DNA of 15,322 nucleotides from Candidatus Hydrogenedentota bacterium (GCA_034408725.1 JAWXCN010000164.1:1-15322), one strand, 5' to 3'; shown: positions 1 to 8,296, counted from the first letter of the stretch. Program-made: numbers and translations. The notes: generated from the letters alone by a model not told the origin.

Positions 1-866
1 CGGCGGGCGGCGGCGGCAAGGGTATGCGTATTGCCCACAATGACGTCGCGCTGCAAAAGGCCGTTTCCATGGCGTCAGTCGAGGCGCAGGCCGCGTTTGG
101 CGATGGCGGGGTATATCTCGAAAAGTTTTTGGAGAACGCGCGGCACGTCGAAATTCAGGTGCTGGGCGATGAGCATGGCAGGATCATCACGCTGGGTGAG
201 CGCGAATGCACCATCCAGCGCCGGCACCAGAAATTGATCGAGGAATCGCCGTCGATGCGGTTGACCAATTCGATGCGCGCGAAGATGTCCAAGGCGGCGT
301 ACCGGGCGGCGAAAGCGATGGGGTATTCGAATGCGGGCACGGCCGAATTTCTTGTCGCGCAGGACGGATCATTTTATTTTATTGAATTTAATGCGCGCAT
401 CCAGGTCGAGCATCCAGTTACGGAAGTGGTGACGGGAATCGATCTCGTCAAAGAGCAAATCCGGATTGCGGCGGGCGAACCGTTGCGGACGACCTCGCCG
501 CGGTTTAACGGTCACGCAATTGAAGCGCGGGTGTATGCGGAGGACCCGGACAACAATTTTTCGCCCAGCCCTGGCACGATCACGAAATGCCATATCCCCG
601 GCGGACCGGGAATCCGGGTGGACAGCCATATCTTTCCCGGTTACACGGTCCCGCGCTATTATGATTCCTTGCTGGCGAAAGTCATTTCTCACGGTAATGA
701 CCGCGACGAAGCAATAAACCGGCTTGCCGGAGCGTTGCAGGAGTTTACAGTCGTCGGCGTGAAGACGACAGCGCAGCTTTGCGCGAAGATTCTGATGAGC
801 GACCGGTTCCGCCGCGGCGATTTGACGCCGGAACTGATCGATCAATTTGTTACGAAGCCTAAATAA
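1..866 (+). CDS. accC: Biotin carboxylase subunit of acetyl-CoA carboxylase, 5'-partial (runs off the window edge)
   Basis: The frame is open from position 3 (AGGGGKGMR, the ATP-grasp glycine loop). It has the motifs RHVEIQV, ERECTIQRRHQKLIEESP, NARIQVEHPVTE, GHAIEARVYAED, GGPGIRVDSH and YDSLLAKVI. It ends at TAA 864-866 with no fused biotin-carrier or carboxyltransferase domain. Confidence 0.95.
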   Translation, partial: AGGGGKGMRIAHNDVALQKAVSMASVEAQAAFGDGGVYLEKFLENARHVEIQVLGDEHGRIITLGERECTIQRRHQKLIEESPSMRLTNSMRAKMSKAAYRAAKAMGYSNAGTAEFLVAQDGSFYFIEFNARIQVEHPVTEVVTGIDLVKEQIRIAAGEPLRTTSPRFNGHAIEARVYAEDPDNNFSPSPGTITKCHIPGGPGIRVDSHIFPGYTVPRYYDSLLAKVISHGNDRDEAINRLAGALQEFTVVGVKTTAQLCAKILMSDRFRRGDLTPELIDQFVTKPK

Positions 867-894
867 CCGCGGCACGCCGTGGAGGGATTCTGAC

Positions 895-1839
895 ATGCGC
901 ATCGTGCAACGGATTTTTCTGTACCTGATTTCGGTAATGCTCGTGTTGGTGGGGGTCGCGATTGCGGCCTATCCGTTTAATGAGAGCGCGAAAGCGCTTG
1001 TGGCGCGGGCGTCGGAGTATTCGCAGGATTGGATTCTGTGCGTATTGGTGGGTATAGCCCTCGCGGCAATCGGTATTTTCACGCTGCTGCCGTTCACTAT
1101 CTTCCGGAAGAAAGGCCGCGCGATTTCGTTCGCGGGCCCGAACGGAACGCTTGAGATTCAGCTCGATTCGTTCGAAGCGTCGTTGCAAAAGATAGTCGGG
1201 AAACTTCCGATGGTCAAACGCGCACACATTAACGTCACGCCGGAAGACAGCAATCGCAAGGTGGGCATCGAAGCGAATGTTTCGCTGAAAAAACCCGCGG
1301 ACATGAGCACGCGCGAAGCCGGCGAGCGCCTGGAAGATTTCATCATTAACGCGGCGCGGAAAATACTTGGGGCGGATGAAGTGACGCATGTCTTTGTGCG
1401 CGTCAAGGACTTCCAGGTGGATTCGAATCAAACGGCGGAATCGTTGAACAGTATTTTCGCCGATGCGGAAAAGTCAGTCGCGCCGTTGCCCAGCGTTGTA
1501 CCAACGCCCGCGCCGGTGCGGACGCCTGTTGCGGCAACGGCGGTTGCCACAGCCACCGCGGCTGTGGTGGCCGAGGACGCGACGAAAACTTATGAACCGG
1601 AGATCGATGATGATGGTCCGTATACCGCGGCGGCAGCGTTAGAAGAAGTAGAACGGCCGCAGTCCGATGACCTGTTAACCTACGACGAAGCCGAAGCATT
1701 GCAACATCCCGCAACGTCTACGGCCGCGCTCGAAGATGACGACGCTGACCCGCTGCCTCCATTAGACATGGATCCCGCGGTCGACAATGTGACTTCATTC
1801 GAATCGCTTCAAGAGCCCGGGGAAAAGCCAAAGGACTAA
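895..1839 (+). CDS. Membrane protein resembling the alkaline-shock membrane anchor AmaP / Asp23-like domain, with a Pro/Ala/Thr linker and acidic C-terminal tail
   Basis: RBS GGAGGG at 881-886 precedes ATG 895, preferred over the ORF-track start at 847. Two hydrophobic helices are followed by GPNGTLEIQLDSFEASLQKIVGKLPMVKRAHINV...ARKILGADEVTHVFVRV, which recalls AmaP/Asp23 folds. Position directly after accC resembles the Firmicutes accC-asp23 neighbourhood. Family call is from recall, not a search. Confidence 0.65.
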   Translation: MRIVQRIFLYLISVMLVLVGVAIAAYPFNESAKALVARASEYSQDWILCVLVGIALAAIGIFTLLPFTIFRKKGRAISFAGPNGTLEIQLDSFEASLQKIVGKLPMVKRAHINVTPEDSNRKVGIEANVSLKKPADMSTREAGERLEDFIINAARKILGADEVTHVFVRVKDFQVDSNQTAESLNSIFADAEKSVAPLPSVVPTPAPVRTPVAATAVATATAAVVAEDATKTYEPEIDDDGPYTAAAALEEVERPQSDDLLTYDEAEALQHPATSTAALEDDDADPLPPLDMDPAVDNVTSFESLQEPGEKPKD

Positions 1840-1886
1840 TCAGCCGCCGCACCCTCGGCGCAGCTTGGCGGAACGCGGTGGATGTT

Positions 1887-2858
1887 CTAAAATTTTCGCG
1901 TGGGATTGCGGCGCATATCTTCGATAACGGATTTCAGAATTTCGTCAAGCGAAGTCGCCGGTTCAAAACCGATTGCCTTGCGGATTTTATCCAGGCACGG
2001 CGCGCGGTGGCGCATATCTTCGTAGCCGGGGCCGTAGGCTTGATCATAAGGCACGTAGGTGAGCGCCGAAGAACTTCCGGTGAGCGCGATAACCCGTTTT
2101 GCCAGGTCTTCGATCGTGATGCGCTGTGTGCTGCCGACGTTGAAAATCTCGCCATTGATGTCGCGCTGTTCCATTAAACCCACCAGGGCGGGCACCACGT
2201 CGCCAACGTATGCAAAGCAGCGGGTCTGTCCCCCATCGCCGAAAACGGTAATGGGTTCATTATTTAGCGCGGCGCTGACGAATCGCGGCACCACCATTCC
2301 GTAGCGTCCGGTCTGGCGCGGTCCGACTGTATTGAACAGCCGCACTACAACGCAGGGCATGCGCTTGCTTCGCCAATAGGCAAGGGCTAGAAACTCGTCG
2401 ATGGCTTTTGAATCCGCGTAGCTCCACCGGCTGAGGTGTGTCGAACCCATGATGCGATCGTCGTCTTCGCGAAAGACTTCTTTCTCGCTCTTGCCATAGA
2501 CCTCGCTGGTGGACGTGACGAGCACGCGCCTGCGATAGCGGCAGGCCTCTTCAAGGACCGTTTCCGTGCCGCGGATGTTGTTCGTGATAGTGAGGATGGG
2601 TTCATCCACGACAAGCTGCACGCCGAGCGTTGCGGCAAGATGATAGACCACATCGACCTCACGCATCAGCTCGCGCACAATTTCCTGGTTCAACGTCGAA
2701 TCGATGACGCTCGTGACTTTTCCATCGAGGTGCTCGATATTCTCGAACTGGCCCGTACTTAGGTTATCGAGGACAAAAACTTGATCGCCGCGCCGGACCA
2801 GTTCCTCGCAGACATGCGAGCCGATAAACCCCGCGCCACCCGTCACCAACGCCTTCAT
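1887..2858 (-). CDS. NAD-dependent nucleotide-sugar epimerase/dehydratase (extended SDR)
   Basis: N-terminal VTGGAGFIG Rossmann motif, HLAA, TSTSEVYG, catalytic YxxxK (YADSK), RLFNTVGPRQ and FGDGGQTRCFAYV. RBS-like GGGGAGTGAG upstream on the - strand. Confidence 0.93.
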   Translation of the reverse strand: MKALVTGGAGFIGSHVCEELVRRGDQVFVLDNLSTGQFENIEHLDGKVTSVIDSTLNQEIVRELMREVDVVYHLAATLGVQLVVDEPILTITNNIRGTETVLEEACRYRRRVLVTSTSEVYGKSEKEVFREDDDRIMGSTHLSRWSYADSKAIDEFLALAYWRSKRMPCVVVRLFNTVGPRQTGRYGMVVPRFVSAALNNEPITVFGDGGQTRCFAYVGDVVPALVGLMEQRDINGEIFNVGSTQRITIEDLAKRVIALTGSSSALTYVPYDQAYGPGYEDMRHRAPCLDKIRKAIGFEPATSLDEILKSVIEDMRRNPTRKF

Positions 2859-2946
2859 TGCTCACTCCCCTTGCTGCCCTTAACATCGGCAAGTATAGAG
2901 TCGCGCGCGTGTGCGTTCAACGCGACTCCGTCGCAGGCACGGGAAA

Positions 2947-2975
2947 TTGAAGGCTTCTGGCGTCCCCGATACAAT
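2947..2975 (+). promoter_or_regulatory. Putative sigma70-type promoter for cysS
   Basis: TTGAAG (2947-2952), 17 bp spacer, TACAAT (2970-2975), 30 bp upstream of the cysS ATG. A second candidate, TTGCTG-17-TATAGA, lies at 2871-2899. Confidence 0.5.
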
Positions 2976-3004
2976 TCCCCGACTCCGAGGGGAACGCATT
3001 TTTT

Positions 3005-4402
3005 ATGGCCATTCGTTTTTTCAACACACTCACGCGCGCCAAAGAGGTATTCGAACCGATTGCCGCGCCGCAGGTCGGGCTGTACACCTGTGGGCCGACC
3101 GTGTACCACTACGCCCATATCGGGAATCTGCGGACGTTTCTATTTGAAGACCTGTTACGGCGGCATTTGAAGTACCGCGGGTACGGTGTGAAACACGTCA
3201 TGAACCTAACGGACGTAGAAGACAAGATCATTCGGACGTGCCGCGAGACCGGCGAATCGCTGAAATCATTGACGGGGCGGTATGCGCAGGCGTTCTTTGA
3301 GGACTTGGACACGCTGAGAATCGAACGGGCGGAGCAATACCCCGCGGCGACGGACCACGTTTCAGAAATGGTCGAGTTGATCAAGAAGCTGCGGGACGGC
3401 GGGCACACCTACGAAAGCAACGGCAGCATCTATTTCAAGCTCAGCACGTTTCCGTCGTATGGCCAATTGAGCAAATTCAAGATGGACGAACTTAAGTCCG
3501 GCGCAAGCGGGCGCGTGGATTCCGATGAATACGACAGCGACGATCCGCGGGATTTCGCATTGTGGAAAGCGTATGACGAAAAAGACGGGGCGGTGTTCTG
3601 GGAAACGGAGCTTGGCAAAGGGAGGCCAGGCTGGCACATCGAATGTTCGTGCATGAGCATGAAGTATCTCGGCGAATCGTTCGATATTCATTGCGGCGGC
3701 ATCGACAACATGTTCCCGCACCACGAAAACGAGATCGCGCAATCCGAAGCCGCGACCGGCAAACCGTTTGTGAAGTATTGGCTGCATAGCGCGCATTTGT
3801 TCGTGGATGGAAAGAAGATGTCGAAGTCGCTCGGCAACTTTTATACGTTGCGCGACCTGACCGCGAAGGGGCACGATCCCGTTGCTATCCGGTGGGCATT
3901 GATCGCGACGCATTATCGGCAACCCAGCAATTTCACGTTCGACGGTTTGGAAGCAGCAAACGAATCGTTGCGGCGCGTGAGGGATTTTCGCGGGAGACTC
4001 GCGGAGGTACGCGGAAAAGCCGATGGGCTTGGCGAATTGGACGTTTCCTGCGAAAAGTCATTTGGCGACGCGCTGGATGATGATCTCAACATTTCCGGCG
4101 CGATAGGCGCAGTGTTTGACTATATCCGCGAAACGAACAAGCTGATCGATGCCGATACGATTGGAAAAGATGGCGCGGCGCGCGCACTTGCGTTGCTGGA
4201 CCGGCTAAATGCCGTTACTGGACTGTTCGGCGAGGTCACCCGAGAAGAAGCCCCGGCTGAGGTGCTCGCGCTGATAAAAGAACGGCAGGCGGCGCGACGC
4301 GCAAAGGATTTCAAGCGTTCAGATGCTATTCGGGATCAGTTGCTGGCAGATGGTTGGGTGATTGAAGATACCGCGGATGGCCCGCGGGTGAAGAAGGTGT
4401 AG
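3005..4402 (+). CDS. cysS: Cysteine--tRNA ligase
   Basis: [15 protein letters not shown] (HIGH motif and Zn-binding Cys), [53 protein letters not shown] and the C-terminal [14 protein letters not shown]. Confidence 0.98.
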   Translation: MAIRFFNTLTRAKEVFEPIAAPQVGLYTCGPTVYHYAHIGNLRTFLFEDLLRRHLKYRGYGVKHVMNLTDVEDKIIRTCRETGESLKSLTGRYAQAFFEDLDTLRIERAEQYPAATDHVSEMVELIKKLRDGGHTYESNGSIYFKLSTFPSYGQLSKFKMDELKSGASGRVDSDEYDSDDPRDFALWKAYDEKDGAVFWETELGKGRPGWHIECSCMSMKYLGESFDIHCGGIDNMFPHHENEIAQSEAATGKPFVKYWLHSAHLFVDGKKMSKSLGNFYTLRDLTAKGHDPVAIRWALIATHYRQPSNFTFDGLEAANESLRRVRDFRGRLAEVRGKADGLGELDVSCEKSFGDALDDDLNISGAIGAVFDYIRETNKLIDADTIGKDGAARALALLDRLNAVTGLFGEVTREEAPAEVLALIKERQAARRAKDFKRSDAIRDQLLADGWVIEDTADGPRVKKV

Positions 4403-4522
4403 AGGCGAGCGATTTTAAACTTTTGATTCTGGTTAAGCGTGAGTGCTCTGACGGAGGATCAAGAGCGATTACGAGGACGTTTACAATTACGAGCTTGGGG
4501 TTGGAATTTACCAAGAAAGAGC

Positions 4523-4688
4523 CTCTAACAAAAGTGCCGTAACCCTTACAGGGTACCGCTAATGTGGGTATTGTACCTGGGGTAGGTCCGTCTTCGTTAC
4601 GCGAAGCGCGTAACTACGGCGGACCAACCCCAGGCTGCACGCTGTAATCCCTTCGGGATAAAATGACGCACGATAGGTTTTGTTAGAG
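4523..4688. mobile_element. Putative MITE-like non-autonomous element (166 bp) carrying REP-like hairpins
   Basis: Perfect 11-bp inverted repeats CTCTAACAAAA (4523-4533) and TTTTGTTAGAG (4678-4688). They enclose hairpins ACCCT-TAC-AGGGT (4542-4554), a long hairpin (4576-4634) and ATCCC-TTC-GGGAT (4647-4659). No target-site duplication is evident. Confidence 0.5.
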
Positions 4689-4694
4689 ATTTTA

Positions 4695-4729
4695 AGAATC
4701 CAGAATCCAGAATCCAGAATCCAGAATCT
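4695..4729. repeat. Heptamer tandem repeat (AGAATCC)4 plus AGAATCT
   Basis: Seen directly: four perfect AGAATCC units and one variant, just downstream of the E2-like gene stop codon. Confidence 0.9.
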
Positions 4730-4739
4730 AAAATAGAAA

Positions 4740-5753
4740 CTAAATTGGATCGCCCGGTTTCCACTCAAAAATGAGTTCGGGATGCTGGAAATAGTTGTTC
4801 ATGATTTTCTCGAACTCGAAGATATGTCCGCCATCCATTGCGCGATGATCAAACGTCACACAAACGGTCATGACGTGGCGTATCTTGATTTCGCCACCCA
4901 CCACGCGCGGCATTTGTCGCGTCAGGCCGATGCCCCACATGAAGACGTGCGGCACGGGAATTACAGTGACGGTTTGCCACCCGTTCACGGACATGCCGAT
5001 GTTCGCGATGGTGATAGTGGAGCCGATGACGTCGGAGGGTTGCAGTTTTTCTGCCTCCGGCGTGTTGCGCACTTCCTCGTCGATGGGTTCCGGCCAGAGC
5101 GTCGCCTTTGCCCACAGCCAGCCAGCGATAAATCCTGAAAAATCGAGTTCGCGCACCGCCGTGGACAGCAGTTCCCGCGCAATTTTGCGATACAACTCAT
5201 TCATGTCCGTGCGCCGCGCTTTTCGCGTGAGTGCGCGCATATCGTTGGCGACGTCGATGATGGTGCGCTTATGCGGATTGCGAATAATCGGGCCCATCAC
5301 GCCGCGCTTGGTATGTACGGTAAACATCGGGTTGATGTCTTCGATCTCGTGGAACCGCCCGCCATCCCTCAAGGGCGTCCATTCGAAGAATCCGTTGATG
5401 ATCGGCAGATGGTGCGTGACGTGGCAAACAGTTTTGAGGAAGAATGCGGACAGGTTTTTGTGAACTGCCATCTTCGTCAGGTCTTCGGGCGATAGTTTCT
5501 CGCCGCGCGCCTTCATTTCGCGGATGACCCGTTCGCCATATTCGATCACCGGCGTCACGTCGAACTCGACGTTACCGGCGGCATGCGGCACTTCCCGCGC
5601 CGATTTCGAGAGTAGAAATGAAACGCTCTGCCGCACGAAGGAGAGCGGATGCACCTTGCGCACCTTGAGGTGCTCTTGCGCCCAGCGAATTTGGAAATTG
5701 CGAAACATATTGGGTTTAGCGGCGCCGCCCGGAGTTGTGGCGCGAGACGACAC
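4740..5753 (-). CDS. Stand-alone 2-oxoacid dehydrogenase E2-like acyltransferase (catalytic domain only)
   Basis: C-terminal VCVTFDHRAMDG (E2/CAT HxxxDG), TITIANIG, VHTKRGVMGPIIRNPHKRTIIDVA and SAREVPH...VEFDVT match E2 catalytic-domain patterns. No lipoyl or peripheral-subunit-binding domain. GTG start with GGAAGG upstream. Confidence 0.8.
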   Translation of the reverse strand: MSSRATTPGGAAKPNMFRNFQIRWAQEHLKVRKVHPLSFVRQSVSFLLSKSAREVPHAAGNVEFDVTPVIEYGERVIREMKARGEKLSPEDLTKMAVHKNLSAFFLKTVCHVTHHLPIINGFFEWTPLRDGGRFHEIEDINPMFTVHTKRGVMGPIIRNPHKRTIIDVANDMRALTRKARRTDMNELYRKIARELLSTAVRELDFSGFIAGWLWAKATLWPEPIDEEVRNTPEAEKLQPSDVIGSTITIANIGMSVNGWQTVTVIPVPHVFMWGIGLTRQMPRVVGGEIKIRHVMTVCVTFDHRAMDGGHIFEFEKIMNNYFQHPELIFEWKPGDPI

Positions 5754-5846
5754 CTTCCGCCAGCATCAAAAACCGTGATGAGGCGCAACTATCCGCATCG
5801 TCCGCACGAAAGTAGGTACGATAGGCAATTCCCACGGAAGGATCAA

Positions 5847-7988
5847 CTATTGGGGCGCTTCCGGTGGGAACCAGCGCCGTTTGTCGGCGTGTTGCGCGTA
5901 TGGCAGGTTCGCGTTGCGCCATACGAGCGAACGATAGAACTTGTTCGCCGCTTGCGGGTCGCGCGATTGAATAAACATGCCGCCGGTCCACAACGCGCGC
6001 AGGGTTTCGATATCGTCGTTGGGCAGCAGGGCGGCGCTCTGCCACATGAGGTCCGCCGCCACATATCGGTAATGAAACCGTTTATTGGGTGATGGCAGGT
6101 GTTCCCTGGCCCGGCGCATTTCATCGTCTGACGCGGCCAGCACCTCGCGCGTAGCTTGTGGAAGTTCGTCATCCAGTGGTCCGAATGATCGCGGCTTCGC
6201 AAGGCGGCCGTGGTCTGCGCCCATGAGTGCGAATCCACCGTCGAACACCGTCCAATCAGGACTGATCTCGGCGCCCATGAGGCTCATGCCGTGTTCGCGC
6301 ACAAGTTCTCCGGCATGGAAGAGCGTAGTGGCGCGCTCGCGATCGATCATGGCGCGGGGCCGCTTCCCCAGAAACCATTCCCACGCGGTTCGTGTGGTTT
6401 CCGGAGGTTCGCCCGCGCGCCCATTCTGGAGTGCCGCGGCGAGTTCCTTCGCGATGGGCAGCAGGCCTTGCGGCACATACCGAAGGGCGTCGTCCCAGCG
6501 CGATTCGCGCGCCAGCCTGCGTGACAGCAAATACTGCAATACATCCATGCGCGACGGTGATTTGGAACTGTTCGCCGCTTCGTCGCCAAAAATACCGCTG
6601 TCGAAATAGAACTCGTCGCTCGCAACGGAGAATTCGGGATTCGTCGCGCTGGCGTCCGCGTAGGTGATCAGCTCGTCATCGGTGAGCACGCGCTCGGCGA
6701 TATACGCGGCATCAAGCCAATAGCCGGCGCGCATGTAGAGATCGAGCGCTTCGGTATACTGGCCTCGTCCGAGCAACAACACTCCGAGTTCGCGCTGGGC
6801 AAGATCGGAGATTGCGGCGGGCGACGCGAATTCGCTCGCAGTTTCCAGAGCCACGGATGGTTCTGCTTGCGCCAGGACGATGGTGTCGCGCAATGCCGTA
6901 ATGGCGTTATCGACTTTTCCATCGCGAAGCGCCAGTTTCGCGCGGACCCATTCGGCGATCGCGGTTTTCGCGGAAGATTGCGCGAGCCATTTGCGCGCGG
7001 CGGCGAAATTGCCGTGTTCGTAGGCCGTCCACGCGAGCAGATCAGCCTGAGCGGTTTCCTGGCCCAATTTGTCCATGACATTGAGCCATTCCGTTGCGGC
7101 CTGTTGCGTTGCCGGATGCGAGACAACCCAGGCGGTCATAATGGCGCGGCATGTTTCGTCCTGTGCGAATGCGGCGAGCGTTGATTCGGATCCTATGGCC
7201 CCCTTGCAGGTCTCGTTCAGCGAGAGATGGGCGCTGTGCATTAACGCGCCGCCGAGCGCGAACTGTTCGGCGTACCGGTGCAGCGCGGTGACCGGATCAT
7301 TGTCTGCCGTTGCAATGTAACCGAGCCAGCCGAGGCTTTCGCCCGCGAGACCCAGCGGATCGGGAAAACCGGTCTGTGCAAGGTCTATGGCCTGTCTGAA
7401 CGCCAAGCCCGCGCGTTCATAATCGCGGTCTCGTTGGCTTCGGCCGAGCATGTACGCGGCCCAGACGGAACGGTTGCGGCGTTGGTCCTCCGGCAGGGCA
7501 AGGAGCGCGGTCCACTTTTCGTCCGCGCCCGCTAAATTGCCGGCGTTGTACGCAGCCGCGCCCTGCGCATACAAAATGAATTCACGGGGCGCGCCCGCGA
7601 ATTCGGATTCCAAAGAAGCAATAGTCTCAGTAGTTGCGTCATTGGCGAGATGCGATATTGCTCGCAAAGCGCGATAGCGCATGATGCGCGCGGAGGCACT
7701 TTCCTGAGATTCGCCGTTGGCTACAAGCGCCTGCTCGAACGATGCGCTATCCACGATGAGTGTGTGTTCCCACTCAACGCCGAACTCCCGATAGGGCTCG
7801 TCTTCTGGCGCAGTGACATTCAAAATTTTACATACTTCGTGAAAGAAAGACGCCTCCGGCATCTCGATGATTTGCATTTCGGAGCCAAACACAAAATAGG
7901 CGTTGGGAAAATAAGGTCCGCAAGCCAATGCGGTCGCAGCGACCCCGCAGACACAAGCCAAGGCGAGCAGAACACGTCGAATCCGCAT
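5847..7988 (-). CDS. Secreted all-helical / TPR-like hypothetical protein
   Basis: ATG 7988 is preceded by GGAGGAG. Signal peptide MRIRRVLLALACVCGVAATALA is followed by CGPYFPN. TPR-like segments include YAQGAAAYNAGNLAGADEKW, WAAYMLGR and ELGVLLLGRGQYTEALDLY; the C-terminal block reads RFHYRYVAADLMWQSAALLP. Confidence 0.75.
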   Translation of the reverse strand: MRIRRVLLALACVCGVAATALACGPYFPNAYFVFGSEMQIIEMPEASFFHEVCKILNVTAPEDEPYREFGVEWEHTLIVDSASFEQALVANGESQESASARIMRYRALRAISHLANDATTETIASLESEFAGAPREFILYAQGAAAYNAGNLAGADEKWTALLALPEDQRRNRSVWAAYMLGRSQRDRDYERAGLAFRQAIDLAQTGFPDPLGLAGESLGWLGYIATADNDPVTALHRYAEQFALGGALMHSAHLSLNETCKGAIGSESTLAAFAQDETCRAIMTAWVVSHPATQQAATEWLNVMDKLGQETAQADLLAWTAYEHGNFAAARKWLAQSSAKTAIAEWVRAKLALRDGKVDNAITALRDTIVLAQAEPSVALETASEFASPAAISDLAQRELGVLLLGRGQYTEALDLYMRAGYWLDAAYIAERVLTDDELITYADASATNPEFSVASDEFYFDSGIFGDEAANSSKSPSRMDVLQYLLSRRLARESRWDDALRYVPQGLLPIAKELAAALQNGRAGEPPETTRTAWEWFLGKRPRAMIDRERATTLFHAGELVREHGMSLMGAEISPDWTVFDGGFALMGADHGRLAKPRSFGPLDDELPQATREVLAASDDEMRRAREHLPSPNKRFHYRYVAADLMWQSAALLPNDDIETLRALWTGGMFIQSRDPQAANKFYRSLVWRNANLPYAQHADKRRWFPPEAPQ

Positions 7989-8057
7989 ACCCCCAACTCC
8001 TCCGGTGGTCCAGGGCAATCGCGCTTAATCGCGAATAACCTTGCTCATGTAAAGTGA

Positions 8058-8296
8058 AAAGCGGCAGCTACCCGCGCGGATTTCAGACGTCGATCGGCCG
8101 CGCGAAGCGCCTTGGAGTGCGGCGTGTCAGCGCCGCTTTCGCTTCAGATAACTAAATGCCTCACTAAATTAGCAGACTTCATGCTCACGTGAAACGAGGC
8201 CACGACGATCGCGTTTAATTACGAAGCGACCTTGCCCAGGAAATGGAAAGCGGCAGCTACCCGCTGCCGCACTCCAAGGCGCTCCGCGCGGATTTC
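8058..8296. repeat. REP-like cluster: inverted doublet plus an internally deleted third copy
   Basis: CGCGCGAAGCGCCTTGGAGTGCGGC-N8-GCCGCTTTC (8099-8140) is the inverse of GAAAGCGGC-N11-GCCGCACTCCAAGGCGCTCCGCGCG (8246-8290). Each unit has an internal GCGGC/GCCGC palindrome. 8058-8084 is a deleted direct copy of 8247-8296. Confidence 0.85.

Noticed and set aside
1840-1886. Intrinsic terminator between the convergent AmaP-like and epimerase genes
   Set aside because: Only a loose CCGCC/GGCGG stem with no U-tract on either strand; insufficient support.
2859-3004. T-box riboswitch upstream of cysS
   Set aside because: No T-box consensus or terminator, and the best promoter candidate leaves a leader of only about 25 nt.
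4559-4768. 69-aa ORF containing FWILDSGFWIL
   Set aside because: It is a translation of the heptamer repeat and hairpin element and overlaps the E2-like gene end.
8058-8296. Possible CRISPR array
   Set aside because: The copies are in mixed orientation with irregular spacing, one is deleted, and there are no cas genes; REP-like repeats fit better.
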